Positions 25,236 to 40,979 are shown, counted from the stretch's first letter. The stretch: 64,000 nt of DNA from the human T2T-CHM13v2.0 reference genome, Homo sapiens (GCF_009914755.1 NC_060927.1); one strand, 5' to 3'. Notes: generated by a model not told the origin, from the sequence alone. Program-made: numbers and translations.

Positions 25236-26883
25236 AGAGAAGGCTCAGTATGGATGCTATCATACTACCGTGTAAATGGTGGATATTTCCTGAGCTGTGG
25301 GACACAAGAGGAAGAACAGGTTGTGGGGGTGGGATGGGGCAGGAGGAGAGGCTGGGCTCAGTTGTAGAGAGACTTGTGCCTGCAGGCACATGAGATGTCC
25401 TGTAGGCGGGACCACCAGGTTAGAGACAGAATAATGCACCAGCCCATGGATAATTGGTTGGGAGCAGATGGGATGTGTCTGTAAAATGTGTGTGAAATGA
25501 GAAGAGAAGAGGACTTAGGATAGAGCTCTAATGAATACCAAAAATATTGGGGAAAAGTGCAATTTTTACTGCTTGATTTTTGTTCCTAATTTTAGTTCTT
25601 TGTGTGGCTTATTTTTTATGAGACTGGTTGTTGAACCTCTAAATCATTTCATTCCCATCAAGAGCTAACAAACTAAGCTATGCAGAATTAATTGAGCGAA
25701 ACTAGCCTTGTATGTCAGTAATAGGGAATGGTGTGGACTGTGGCAAGTGTGGGTGTTCTGCCCAAGGGGTCACTTCAGCTTCAGCTGATCACTGCCTGTA
25801 GGAATATGGCTCTACTGTTAATACATTTTCTTATTTTTCTAAGTGAGAAATCCAGGGTTTTATATGAAACATCTCAAGTTTTAAGTGTTGGCAATTAATT
25901 AGTTATTTTTAATGTTTGCTAATCAAACAGAACATCTTGACAAAAAGTGGCTTGCAGACCACTTGTTTGTTATTTCCGTTCTAATTCTTTCCTTTGAGTG
26001 TGGCCACTTTTCCATTTTTTTTTTTCCCCTGCCCCAAGCTGTTTTCTATACTTTGAATTTACACTACTCCAGTGGACCAGCAGCAAGGTATTTGAGGAGG
26101 CTGTTGACAAACTTGGACCAATGACATATTCCTACACAGCTCTGCTTATTAAATCCCCATGGCCCAGAAGGCACAGGCTTAGTAATGTGAATGGAATGGA
26201 ATCTGCCAGACATTTAGCTCCTTCCTCAAAGGGACTTTATCTCATATTGTCCCTTGTATTTGATGCCCATATCATGGGGGACAGGGCCCAGTGTCCTGCC
26301 AAGTAAGACAGTGTGGCCCTAAGACCTGTTTGGCCTATTATTCTGGCCTGGAAGATTAATCTGCCAAAATTTGTTTTCACGTAGCCATGCAGCAACATAG
26401 TACGTTTTCCTTGCAGATATTTGCAAATGAATTTCCATCTCTACCATGCTGCTTGTGGTGAGGGCAAGAGCATCGCTTTTACTATAGTTATTAGAAGAGG
26501 AAAAACTCAGGCCCTCTCATAAAGTTTATCTGTAGTTTTCTAGTCTTGTATCTGTGCAGGTTTTTTTTTTTTTTAAGTGAAAAATCATAGTGGCTCTTTT
26601 CCAAGTTTCTCAAATTATCAATCTTCCATGAAGTCTTAGAAATACTAACTTATCCTGGAATGTATTTGGCCACTTTTCTGAGGGCCTCAACATGCAAGTT
26701 TGAAGGTGTAGATTTGGTTTTCCTCCCTCCCCTTCTCTCTGTGGCCTGATCAGAGTCTTTAGTCCATGTGTGTTTTTTTTTTTTTTGGCATGATGTTATC
26801 AATCTCATGTTAAAAATTTGTCAAGAACATCTTTTTCTGGCTTCTAGTATAACCCAAGATGTTTTCTGGTTTATGCCTTTTGA

Positions 26884-27187
<304 letters not shown>

Positions 27188-28756
27188 GCATCTCCATTCT
27201 TGCTTTAACTTTTATGACAATGCTTTTTGTGGAATACCTTTTCTTCTTTTCCCTGTTGGTTGGCACCTTGGGATTTTTACATGTGCCTTTGAATGTCCTC
27301 GTATATTTTGCCTCTTTATCCTGGAGGCTTCTTGCTGGAAGGGTTGGTGTTTGTGACTCATCTTCACCCCAGGAATTCTAGGCTGTCTTGGAACCTACCA
27401 TGATTATGTGTATATAATTCTTGCCTTATGTATTATAAACCTGATTAAGTTTGTAAAAATGAAAGTTTATGAGTATTTTTAGGGAGTCAACATAGTGCTG
27501 CGGAAGGATATGGAATATAGAATCAGAAAATTAGATGTTTTCTGTGAAATTTCTTACCTATAGCAAGTAGAGTAGGTCAATAAATCTTAAAATTTTCAAA
27601 ATTTCAAAAATTTTGAGTTCAGATCTTCATTTTGCCTTTTATCGGCCACAGGACCTTGGGCAAGTCATGCCCCTTTTCTGAGCCTTGGCTTTGTTCTTTT
27701 GTTAAAAGAGATGCTGTCTCTACCTTGTTGAACGTATCAGGTTGTTATTTAGAATCAAATAGATTATGGGTAAGGAAATTCAAAATTAATGTCAATAAAT
27801 TATATTCCTGCTGTTGTTTTTAAATATACTAAGGTACTTTGCTGTTTTAATAAAATATGAGATAAATGGTCACCTTACTTCAGTGAGTTTTCCTAAAGTT
27901 GCGACTAACTCTCCATTATCTGTAGTGAGAGGAAGGACAGAAAGAAATGTATAATTCTGAGCATCTGCTAGGTACTGGCCACTACTGAGGAGCTTTCACC
28001 CACATGAGCTCCTTGAGTCATCACAAACACAATTTGAGAAAGGCATTAGTTTTTGGAAATGAAGAAACTCAACAATGAGCAGAGGCTTTGCACGGGTACC
28101 CAGAACTTATGGGGGACCCCACTCTCATGACCTATCTAGGGCCCTTGGATGCCCATCAGCTGGCCTGGACACACTGAATCCAGGGTCCACCCTCACCTGT
28201 TTCTTTGCTTACTAGCAGTAATTCTAGCCCTTTGCCAGTCTTCCAGGAATGGAGCTGGTTTATGTTGGGACAAGAGGGTATTGCCTAGAGTGAACCTCAA
28301 AGCATCAGTGAATTGGAGGACACTAGTTGATCGGGGGATCTGTGGAGAAGCTATTAGTTCTAGGTCTTGTGTAGTTCTCATCCAGATGGGAGAATAGTAA
28401 TTTGAGGAAGAGCTCAGATCCAACTCAGTATTTATGGAGTGCAGGATAGAGCTCCCCAGAGGAACCCAGCATTAAACGTAGCTAACTTTGCTAGAATAAT
28501 TATTACACCCAGAATATTGATGGGTAGCTTTCTTTGATTTTCTATTTCTGGATTGAAGTACATTTTTCAAGGTGGGTTATCGATATCAGAGGTAGTCAGA
28601 AAGGAGTAGAGGTAGGGAAGATGTCTCTACGGAGAGAACAGAGGGAAAGACACAGTTTATTTTAAAAGCGTTGGCGGTAACTCTTTGTCATCACTTCTGT
28701 TTGCCTCTGTAAAGGAATTTGTGTCTCTTTGCTGAAGCACAGACAGGACAGAGTTT

Positions 28757-29566
28757 ATGAATATGATATTTTGAAATACATATTTGGTCTTTGTCCTCCT
28801 TTTCCTGGTTTACAACTCCTAAAATCCTTGGAATCTGCAGAGTAATGTCGATGTCTTTTTGTATGTGAATGATTGACTGATAACTTCAGCATGGGACTGG
28901 TCACCAGAAACACAAAGCAAGATTGGAGGATTGGGCCTTTAGCCCCACTCCCCACCAGCCTAAGGTTAAGTTGATCACCAAATGGCCAATGGTTTAATCA
29001 ATCATGCCTATGAAATGATGCCTCCATAAAAACCTAAGAGGACAGACTTGGAGAGCTTCCAGATAACCGAACACTTAGAAGTTCCTGGAGAGTGGTACGC
29101 CCAGGGAGGACACAGAAGCTCGGCACCCCCTCCCACATGCCTTGCCCTGTGCTTTTTTTCATCTGTGTCCCTTATAATAAACCAGGAAATGTAAGTGTTT
29201 CCCTGAGTTCTGTGAGCCACTCCATCAAATTAATCAAACCCAAGAGAGGGTCATGGGAGCTCCAACCTAAAGCCAGTCAGTCAGCGTTCTGGAGGCTTGG
29301 ACTTGCGACTGGTGTCTGAAGTGGGGTGAGGGGGATGGGGAAGGCAGTTTTGGGGATAGCCCCCAACCTGTGGGATCTGACTCCATTTCCAGGTAGGTAA
29401 TGTTGGAATAGAATTAGAGGATACCCAGCTAGCGTCTGCTGTAGAATTAATTGTTTGTTTACTGATGGGGAGAAATCCCTATATATTTTGGGCTCACAGA
29501 AGTCTTCTGTATTGATTGTTGTGTGGTGTGAGGGCAGAGGAAAAATGATTTGAGTTTTTCTTAACA
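28757..29566 (+). mobile_element. MER21-family solo LTR
   Basis: 'catatttggtctttgtcc...acaactcctaaaatccttggaatct...gtttccctgagttctgtgagccactc' matches MER21. Confidence 0.8.
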
Positions 29567-29639
29567 GAATCTAATCCAAATCTAGGAGAGACTTTCAGTT
29601 TGGTGATAATGAGCTCTGGAGAAAACACAGAAACAAGTT

Positions 29640-30500
29640 AATATCCTAAGCCCTTTTATTCCAGGGCTATGTTTTCACCAAAGCTCTGTTATTATTTCCT
29701 ACCTGATCCTTCAGTATCAGCATTCCCCAGGGACTTAACCCCAGTGGATGTCTCTCTGAGCAGCTTCCTGTCTTCCCATGGTTCCAGCCATCCTCTGTAT
29801 GCCAGAGACTCTGAATTCTGCATGTCCAGATCCACACCGCAGCATGGTCGCACACAGAATCCTCTGTCTTGTCTGCCAGGCGTGCTCTCCTAGTGTGCCC
29901 TTGTGGATCCCAGCGCCCTCCACCTCGTTGTCTAAGCTGGAAACCTGGTTATCATCCTTGACTCCTCCCTCTCTCTCACCTCTGTGCCATTGCAAGGCCT
30001 ATTCTCTCAACCTTGCGTTTTCCTTCTTAAATCAAGTCTCTGCTCTTTCCATAGCTACTCTTCTAGTCTAGCCCTTGCTGTTGCTCCTGTGGGTTCTTGC
30101 CCCCCCCCCCCATCTGTGTCCACAGCCCTTGCTCCCTTGAGCTCCTTCTACCTACCACCAGAATTATCCATCAGAAACACATAACTGGTCATGCCACTCC
30201 TTTGATCTGAAGCATGCAATGACTTTCCTACATTTCTGTGATCAAGTCCCCAAGTCTGACCTAGCAGTCAAGGTGCTTAGCTGTGCCTCTGCTGGCCTCA
30301 TCCTAGCTTTCCTCAAGGAAGAGACGCTCACCTCTGCTGGAGGCACAGAGCCTTCCTCCCCATTTGCAGAACACTCACAGCTTCATCCCTCTGTGCTTTG
30401 TTTAGAATGGTCCTTCTACTTAGAAGGCACTTTCCCCCTTCCTCTGCCCCAGGAAAGGTGTCTATTGACATCCATTCAGATGTCATTTTCTTCTCTGTTC
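29640..30500 (+). mobile_element. L2 fragments
   Basis: 'ggaaacctggttatcatccttgactcctccctctct' and 'ggtcatgccactcctttg' are typical L2 3' region. Confidence 0.55.
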
Positions 30501-31155
30501 TGATTGGCTCTTCTGCCTCCCCAACCACTTTTCTCTTCCTCCCTGTCCTCCCCCTCCCCCTCTGCATCTTCCTCCTCCTTCCTTCTACGTGTCCATACCC
30601 ACCTCTAGGCCAGGACCTCCCCGAGGTCCAAGAGGAGGAGTGTTGTTGTTAATGATATCTCCCTTAGCATCAGTGTCAAACTGTGTGCTTGGGAATGTCA
30701 GGGGAATGATGGAAGCTGAGCACTGAGCCAGGCACATGGGCTTGGCGCTTTCTCGTTGGCGTTGTCATATTAATCCTGATTAAACTTAAACATAAGCAGC
30801 CACAGCCAGGTGGTTGTAAGGGCTTTAGAGCCATTGTTTGGCTCTGTTTTTGTGTGATGAACTGGCTTTCTCACAACCCACATTTTGCTAAGAGCAGAGG
30901 CGCTCAGCACTGGACTTCTTAAGCCAGCCAGCTGTCATTGCCAGGAAAGCGTCCCTTCAGGAAGGGTCTGGCTTGCAGAGGCTGTGAACCCTTTCAGGTG
31001 CTGAGTATGGGCCCGAGGGACTACAGCCTGAAAGCACATTAGGGACGAGGGACAGAGAAGGTTCCCATGAGCTTGGTCTTGAGCAGATGTACCTGCAGTG
31101 TTGGGGAGCATGAATGGAGTCTTACTTCACATGCACCAGGGGAACTTGTTATTTA

Positions 31156-31519
31156 TTTATTTTTTTATATATTTTTTATTATTATACTTTAAGTTCTAGG
31201 GTACATGTGAACAATGTACAGGTTTGTTACATATGTATACATGTGCCATGTTGGTGTGCTGCACCCGTTAACTCGTCATTTACATTAGGTATTTCTCCTA
31301 ATGCTATCCCTCCCCCCTCTTCCCACCCCACGACAGGCCCTGGTGTGTGATGTTCCCCACCCTGTGTCCAAGTGTTCTCATTGTTCAATTTCCACCTATG
31401 AGTGAGAGCATGCAGTGTTTGGTTTTTTGTCCTTGCAATAGCTTACTCAGAATGATGGTTTCCAGCTTCATCCATGTCCCTACAAAGGACATGAACTCAT
31501 CCTTTTTTATGGTTGCATA
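31156..31519 (-). mobile_element. 5'-truncated L1PA 3' fragment
   Basis: L1PA 3' UTR; perfect 15-bp TSD ggaacttgttattta (31141-31155 / 31520-31534). Confidence 0.95.
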
Positions 31520-34500
31520 GGAACTTGTTATTTAAAGGAGCCCTGCTGTGGATTGTTTTGCAAGGGTAAGGAGGCTTCTTTACCTTAAACAATCGCCGAC
31601 TGCTCTCTCTGGGCTAGGTGGATAATATCCTGTGAGTTCAGGGCCCATTACCTCTGCAGAATGTTCTTGCCTGTCTCTTTTAATGACTGAAAGCTAGAAG
31701 CCAGCAGATCCTTGTAGAAAGGAGGAGTGCAGTTTTGTTGTTTTCTCTTTACAATTGAGTACCTTGGGGTTTTGCCAGATAGATTTTCCTCTTGCCTTTT
31801 TTTTTTTTTTTAAATGAAAAGCTTTCCTGGCAGATGTTGGAGAGCCACTTCTAGGGCATTGATAGTTACCAAAAAAAGACCCTGGCTTCCTTTCCCCATC
31901 AGCTGACTGTGCATTTCCCTGCCCCACATCTGTGCTGTCATCCACAGAAGGCTGAGCCTGCAAGTGCCTGCTCTGATGTGGCCCTGGCCTTTGCCTGCAG
32001 AACCCCCGCTCCCCACCCCAGCACAAGTCTGTCCAGCAGGGCACAGTCCATGAGGGGCTATCAGCTGCTTTCCACCTGGACTGTTCATAGCCTTGTTTTC
32101 ACTCTCCCTCTGCTGAACCTGATGCAGTTACTAGCTCCGTAGGTAGCACTCGAGGCCCTTTGAGACCTGGCGGCCTCTGAACTTTACTCTTGTCCTTCAT
32201 GACTTCCTGCCTCAGCCTGTCTTCCCCTCTTCTGCCCAGGACTGTGGTGTCTCTGTGTGTCTGTTACTCTTTGCTGTCAGCCCTGAATGTCTTCTTCTTA
32301 CCCCTTCTTCTTCCCCATTTTCTATTTGAAATTCATTCTTTCTGGGTTAGGCTACATACCACCTGGGGGCTATAGAGTGTGCTGAGGACAGTCTGAAAAG
32401 CCTAGGTTCAAATCCTGATTTGGCCACTACCCAGCTGTCTTTGCACAGTTTAGCACCTCCCTCAGAGCCTCTTTCCACACAGAGTTGGGTGATGGCCGCA
32501 GCCATGTTGGGACTGAGTGAGGGGCCTGTAAAGCAAAGTCTGGCAGGGGAAGTGTCACAGTGTTTTCCTCCTCACTTTTTTTAGGTAGCTCTTTCTGGTC
32601 TTCCTAACTAGACAGACTCTTTTCCTCCTCTTAATGTTTATGCATTTGGTAGCCCTAAATTAGGTGGAAATCAGTATTTTCCACCTTTTAAATAATTATT
32701 TGCAGATGAGCTTCTCTTCTTCCTCCATAAATATACTTTGGCAGCATTTGACTTTTGTCTCCCACAAGGCCGAGCCCAGTCCCTTGCTGGGGTTCTGTGC
32801 TCTGTAAACTCCTGCAGAGTTGTGAGCGTTCCACCCAGAAGTTCTAAGTCTCCCAGAGGTGACCGGATCCCCTCAGTGACAGACAGCCTGCTTCTCTGCC
32901 TTTCATTTGTTTGTTACCTGCACTGGTTTTGATTCTATATTAAAATTTATTTTTTAAGAGGAAATCAGCGAAGGCATATGGAGTGATGGCCTGTCTGTGT
33001 GGGGCCCAGTATTCTGTAATAGGAATCACCATGGCAACATGGTAGCCTTCACATTTCTCCAGTTAAGAAGATGAACTCTCCTGCCCACAGAGGCTGAGTG
33101 GATTGGCCACCATTACCTAGTGCCGCAGGTCTCTTCCTGAAAGGCAGTGGGCCTCATTACCAAGGACCGTTTCTCAGCAGGGGATCATCAAACAGCAGTC
33201 CTGGCCCTTTGCATCTCCCCATCATCTGATTCTGTTGTCTGTGAAATCTCGGTTCCTCCTGCAACAGGCCTCATGGCATTGGCAGTGGGTTTAAAGCAGG
33301 CCTGATGTGAGCAGCTGACTGGGACAGCGGCTGGTGGGGCTGTGGTGTGCATGCCCACTGCATCTGCTCCTAGGCCTACGTGGCAACTGTGGAGGGATGA
33401 GTGAATGTTTGCTAAGGAGCAGTGCAGCAGGTCAGCTTGAAGCTGCCAGAATGATAGCAGCAGCCCCTGTTGTATCTTATAGGGGCCTCCGCTTCCACTG
33501 GCTGTCCCCACCCCATGCATTCTATGGGTGACAGACACTTGCTTCCTTTCTGTAAACCAGCCCATACTCTAAACTCCTGCCACACTGCTTCATGATGGAA
33601 AGGCGGGGTTGTAAGCTCCTGGTTTCTGGCTTTTTTTCCAGATTGTTTGGTAACAAACTATGCTGAGACCAGGGGCAGGCACAGTAGGCCTGAATTCTGA
33701 CAGCCACCCAGGAGTGCACAGCCGCTGTTCTCTGAGCCCATCAATCCCAGATTGGTATGTGGGACTTATTGCTGGGCAGCTTGACCTTCCTTGCCCACTG
33801 TCTAATATCAGAGTGCCTTGCCAGCCAGGTTTCTGGATGCTGTATGAAGGTAACATGGTGGAATCTGGCAAAGCTAGAAGATTCTTTGCAAAGAAAAAGA
33901 CTTGTTCACCTCTTAGGTCCTTCCTATGAGGAGGCTATGCATGCAGCAGTATGACAGTCCTGAGTGTCCTATCCCTCAGCGTCAGACCGTAGTTCATAGC
34001 CAGGCAATGACTGCCATGGAGGTATGGAAGCCAGCTGGCCAAGCCTTCACAGCCCTCCAGAAAACTGCTGTCCTATCCTTAGCCCTCAGCATCTGTGAGT
34101 TGACTGAGATGATCAGTGGCCACACCTGGTAGAAGACTCTTGGCAAATAGGTCTCTAAATGGACGTCTGGCTGCATGTCAGCATTTGCTTTTGATGGTAT
34201 GCACACAGCGGGGATTGGACCTACAAGCCCTGGAGTCACTGTGGCGTAGAGAACATGGAAAGGCAGCATGCCTGGGTTAAAATTCTGGCTTTCAAGATTA
34301 CGGGACTTTGCTCTGAAGGAGAATTCTCTGCTAATAAGGAAATTTTCGGAAAAACTGACTGAGGGAGCCTGGGAGGCTTTTGTCTGGTCAGCTGTCTGGG
34401 CTTTGTTTCATCATAGGAAACTGTAGCTTAGTGGGAAGAACCAGCTTCAGAGGCAGACCTGGGTTCAAATCTCAGCTCTGCTACTTACTGTATATTCTTG

Positions 34501-35796
34501 ATGGGCTCTCATTGATGCCTCTAGAGGCCATAACTATCCTGTCCCATGCCATGACCTATTTTTTTCCAGGAAACTGCCCATCTCCACTAGAGACACTTAC
34601 TGTAATGGGAGCTGTATTTTCTTTCTTTGGCCTCTCTGGCCACAGTGGTTGGTCAACATATTCTTTTAATATGTATTTTATTGAGGTATAACAGTAAACA
34701 TGTAAATTTTAAGTCACCAGGTCTGCACATCTTTACATAGGTGTAATCACAGCCTCTTTACATAGGTGTAATCATGACCTGGATCAAGATATAGACCATT
34801 TCTAGAATCACATAAGGTTCCTGAGGACCCTCTTCTAATCATTACTCTCCAAAGAGAACCGCTACTTGGACCTCTGCTGCCATGGATTGGTTTGCCTGCT
34901 CTTGCGCTCTGTGGACTTGGAAGAATACAGGACAGTGTTCCTGGCTTTCTGGTTTTTCTGGCTCTCTGTGACGTCTGTGAGGTTCACCCATGTATTTAGC
35001 AGTAGTTTGTTCTTTTCCATTGCCGTATAGTATTTCCTTGCCTGACTATACCACAATTTATAATGCTGCTATGAATATTTGTGTGTGTGTGTTTTGGTGG
35101 ACATAAGCCTTTACTTTTATTGAGAAAGTAAAGACTCAGAAGTACAATTGCTGGGTCTCAGAGTATATGCGCTTTTAGCTTTAGTGGATACTGCTGAACA
35201 TTTTTCTGAAGTGGTTATATCAGTTTACTTTCCCTCCAGTAATGTACTCCACATTCCTACCACCATTTTCTGCTGTCAGTTGTCTTAATGTTCACTATTC
35301 TAGTGGAGATGCAGTGTACTGTTCATTGTTTTTAGTATATTCGCAGAATTGTGCACCAGTAACCATTCTCTAGTTCCAGAGTATCTTTACATCACTCCCC
35401 AGAACCCCATGCCCATCAGCAGTAATTCCCCCTCACCCTTCAGCCCTAACCCATGGAAAGCATTGCTGTATTTTCTGTATCTGTGGATTTGCCTATTCTG
35501 GACATTTCATGTAAATATTTAAGGCCATACAATATGTGGCCTTTGTGGTTGGCTTCTTTCACTAAGCATAATATTCTCAAGGTTCATCCATATTGTAGCA
35601 TGTATCAGTGCTTTATTCCTTTTGATGGCTGAATAATATTCTGTTGTATAGATAGACCACATTTTATTTTTTCCATTTGCCAATCGATGGACATTTGGGT
35701 TGTTTAAGAACATTTAAAATGAGTTTTAGTTGGACATATATTTTTAATTCCCTTGCATGTTAATTTCTCAGTAGAATTACTCAGATATATGATAAT

Positions 35797-36048
35797 GCTG
35801 GAGTGCAGTGGCACAATCTTGGCTCATTGCCTCTGCCTCCTGGGTTCAAGCAATTCTCCTGCCTTACTGAGCCTCCCGAGTAGCTGGGATTACAGGTGCC
35901 CACCACCCCTGGCTAATTTTTTGTATTTTTAGTAGAGACGGGATTTCACTATGTTGGCCAGGCTGGTCTCAAACTCCTGACCTTGCAATCCACCTGCCTT
36001 GGCCTCCCAAATTGCCAGGATTACAGGCATGAGCCAGCACACCTGGCC
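35797..36048 (-). mobile_element. AluS lacking its 3' end and poly-A tail
   Basis: Begins abruptly at 'gctggagtgcagtgg'; flanked by tatgataa on both sides. Confidence 0.9.
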
Positions 36049-36129
36049 TATGATAACTCTTAAGTTTAAATTTTTGAAGAACTGCTAGACTGTTTTCCAA
36101 AGGAGTATATGACGGTTCCAGTTTCCCAC

Positions 36130-36219
36130 ATCCCACCTCATGCTTGTTCTTGTCTGTCTGTTTGATTATAACTAATCCCACCTCATGCTTGTTCTTGTCT
36201 GTCTGTTTGATTATAACTA
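36130..36219. repeat. Perfect 45-bp tandem duplication
   Basis: atcccacctcatgcttgttcttgtctgtctgtttgattataacta occurs twice in tandem. Confidence 0.96.
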
Positions 36220-37322
36220 TTGTAGTGAGTGTGAAGTGGTATCTCATTGTGGTTTTGATTTGCATTTCTCTAAGGTTAGTGATACTGAACATCTTTTCAT
36301 GTGCTTATTGACCATTTATATATCTTCTTTGAAGAAATGTCTATTCAATTCCTTTGCCCATATTAGTTTATATGTCTTTTTATTTCTGAGTTGGAGAATT
36401 TTTTATATGTCCTGGATACAAGTTCCTTATTAGATACATAAATATTTTCACTCATTCTATGGGGTAACTTTTTGCTTTCTTCATGGTGTGTTTTGAAGCA
36501 CAAAGGTTTTTAATTTCGATGAAATTCAACTTACCTATTTTTTCTTTGGTTACTTGTGTTTTTGTAAAACACGTATCTATAAAAATCCATTGCCCAGTTT
36601 AAGGTCATGAAGAGGGATTCCTGTGTTTTATAAAGCTTTATAATTCTAGCTGTTACATTTGGGTCTTTAATCCATTTTGAGTTAGTTTTTGTATATGGTG
36701 TGAGGTTGGGGTCTAGTTTATTTCATTTGCATATAGAAATTCAGTTTATTAGCATCATCTGTTGAAAAGACTATTTTTTTCCTCTCATTGTGTGGAATTG
36801 GCACCTTTGTTGAAAATCAATTGAATGTAAATATAAGGGTTGATTATATTTATTTTTGGACTCAGAATTCCAGTCCATGTATCTCTATGTCCTTATGCCA
36901 GTACCACACTGTCTTGATTACTGGACTTTATAGTAAGGCTTGAAATCAAGAGATGTGAGTCCTCTACTTCTGTTTATTTTCCCTGACAATTTAGATTATT
37001 TGGGATTCCTTGAAATTTTCTATGGATTTTAGGATGGATTTTTCTATTTCTGAAAAACAAAAAGGCAGCTGAGATTTTGATAGGAAATGTATTGAATCTG
37101 TAGATCAGTTAAATCTTTCTCATTTAGGTCTCTGATCACTGTGAATTAAATTTTATATAAGTATTAGGTAGGAATATCAATTTTTATTAAAACAATCATT
37201 CCTCACCGAATTGCAGGAGGGCCTTTGTCATTAATCACTTGACTCTGTATGTGTGGATTGTTTCTAGACTGTGTCTAGTTCAAATGATCTGTGTTAGTAA
37301 CACTCTTTATTAATTATTGTAG

Positions 37323-37671
<349 letters not shown>

Positions 37672-38219
37672 AATTTTGTTTTGTTTAAATCAAAATTATC
37701 TTGTCTTTTCTAGGTCCTTTGTATTTCTGTATCAATTTCAGAATCAAACTTGTCAGATTAACATCTATAGATCAATTTATAGATCAATTTGTAGAGAATT
37801 GACAACTTAGCAATCTTGAGTCTTTCAGTTCATTATATGTATATCCATTTGTGCAGGTCTCTTCAACAATGTTTCATATATTTCTCTGTAGTGATCTTAG
37901 ATATTTTTTGTTATATTTATTCCTAAGGGTTTTATTTTTGGATGCTAATGAAAATACTATTGCTTTTAATTTTTTATTTCTTGTTAGTATATAGGAATAT
38001 AATTGATTTTTATGTATTGACTTTGATAAATTGACTTACTAGTTCATGTATTGTGTAGTTCTTAAGTTTTTCTACATATATAGTCATGTCATCTAAAAGT
38101 CCTATCAATTTTACTTTTTTTCTTCCATTCTAAAGGTTGGAATTTTAAGAATTCCATTTCTTACCTTGTTCCACTGGCTGGAACTCCAGTACAGTTTTGA
38201 ATAGAAGTTATTATAGTAT

Positions 38220-38555
38220 GGCCAGGCATGGTGGCTCACGCCTATAATCCCAGCACTTTCAGAGGCCGAGGCAGGAGGATTGCTTGAGCCCAGGAGTTTG
38301 AGACCAGTTGGGCAACATAGCAACACCCTATCTCTACAAAAACAAAAACAAAAACAAAAACACACACACACACACCCACATTATCTGGGTGTGGTGGCAC
38401 GTGCCTATAGTCCCAGCTACTCAGGGTGCTGAAGCAGGAGGTTCACATGAGTCCTGGAATTTGAGGCTACAGTGAGCTATAATCGCCACACCACTGCATT
38501 CTAGCCTGAGTGACAGAGTGAGATTTTGTTTCTAAAAAATAAAAATAAAAAATAA
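38220..38555 (+). mobile_element. AluJ with (CAAAAA)n/(CA)n in the middle linker
   Basis: Alu body; flanks ttatagt / ttatagt. Confidence 0.9.
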
Positions 38556-38734
38556 TTATAGTGCATATTTTTCTCTTAATTGTGGACATAAGAGGGAAAT
38601 GTTCAATATTTCATCATTAATTATGTTGTTAGCTGGTAGGTTTTTTTAGATACTCTATCGAATTTCTGTTCCCAATTTCTATTGCTGAGAGTTTTATCAA
38701 ATGCTGGTTCTTAAATCTTTAAGAACCAACATTT

Positions 38735-39475
<741 letters not shown>

Positions 39476-40979
39476 TGATTTTAAACCATTCTTCTCTAGT
39501 ATAGTCTTTTAAGGCTATAATTTTTCCTTTAGGCACAGCTTTTGCTTTTTTCCACAATTTGGTATATCACATTTTCATCATTTACCTCAAAATATTTTCT
39601 AATCTATTTTGATTTTTTTTTGAATTTGAGGTATATATTATTATGTGTATACTGCTTCTAGTGTGGGGACTTTTATAGTTACATAGCTATCTTTCTGTTA
39701 TTTATTTCTAGTTTAATTTCATGGTACTTAAATAATATACATTGTATGATTTCAGAGAAATGTGTTGGGATGTATTTTATCATAAGGCCTTGTATATGCT
39801 CTGTTCTGGAAAATGTTCCATTGCGCTTGAAAGTAACGTGATTTTGTTTTTACAGTTGTTGGTTGTAGTGTTCTGTATATGTCAATTCGGTTGACTTGAT
39901 TGTGTCATTCAGATTTTCTCTTTTTCTTACTTTTTTTGGTCTGCTATCAGTCACAGAGTATCCAGTCTTCATTTATGTTTGTGGGTTTGTCCATCCGTTC
40001 TGTCAACTTTTACTTTAAATAATAAATATGCAAATAATTATTAGATGTATATAAATCTGGGACTCTATATATTTGTGCCAAAATGATTCTTTTGTCTTTG
40101 TAAAATATCTTTCTTTATCTCTAGTGATACTTCTTCCCTTAAAGTCTACTTTAATGTTAACTTTACTACTTTAACTTTCTTTTAGTGTTTGCATGGTGTA
40201 TCATTTTCCATCCTTTTTTCACCTTCTCACGCTCTTTATAGTTAAAGGTGTATCTCTTGCAGATAGCATATAACTTGTCTTTCTCTTCTTTTCAATTTGG
40301 TCTAACAACCTGTGGGTTACCATTTCCAGAACGATGCAACAAACACGTTTACTCTTTCCACTGCTGTTTATTTCTTTCTAGCAATTCTGTGCTTCCAGTT
40401 GTCATCATTTTCTTCTCTCTGAAGGACTCTTTCCAAATTTTTTGTAGTGTTCTATCATCCCACAGGATGTCTCCTTTCATAATTCTAGATTTTGGTAGAC
40501 CTGCTAATAAAAATACTCAAGAAGTAATCTCCACAGAAACTTCCCCCTTCATCAAATGAAGTAGCCGGGTAAAGCCTTTATTTGAATGATTCAAGGTAAC
40601 ACCAATACTAAGATATTCCAGAAGAGGATTTGGCTTCTCAAACAAGTCTTGGTTTTATTTTCTCTTGCATGGACATAATTCCATTGTCCAGGGCTTAGAA
40701 AGGCTGATGTGATGGGTGGAAATATATTATTGGAGACCAGTTTATAAGTGGTGAGTTCCTTGGTGAAAAGTTTTTATGATGATGCCTTTTACCTATGCAG
40801 TCTTATAAATACAGTCATGTGTGGATTGTGAGTATTTGGACAGCAAGGACCCAGGAGGAAGCTTTTATCTTCATATTTGGCAGTAGCAAGTATTCAGTAA
40901 GTAGAGAGAAGGGGTATTTTCATATTCTGAAGGCTAGCTATTGGTAAGTTCCCTTTCCTGTTTTGTGTGTGAGGAGACA

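Noticed and set aside
34730-34774. Short direct duplication tctttacataggtgtaatca (similar ones near 22780, 37345 and 37765)
   Set aside because: Common slippage-type micro-duplications within old repeats
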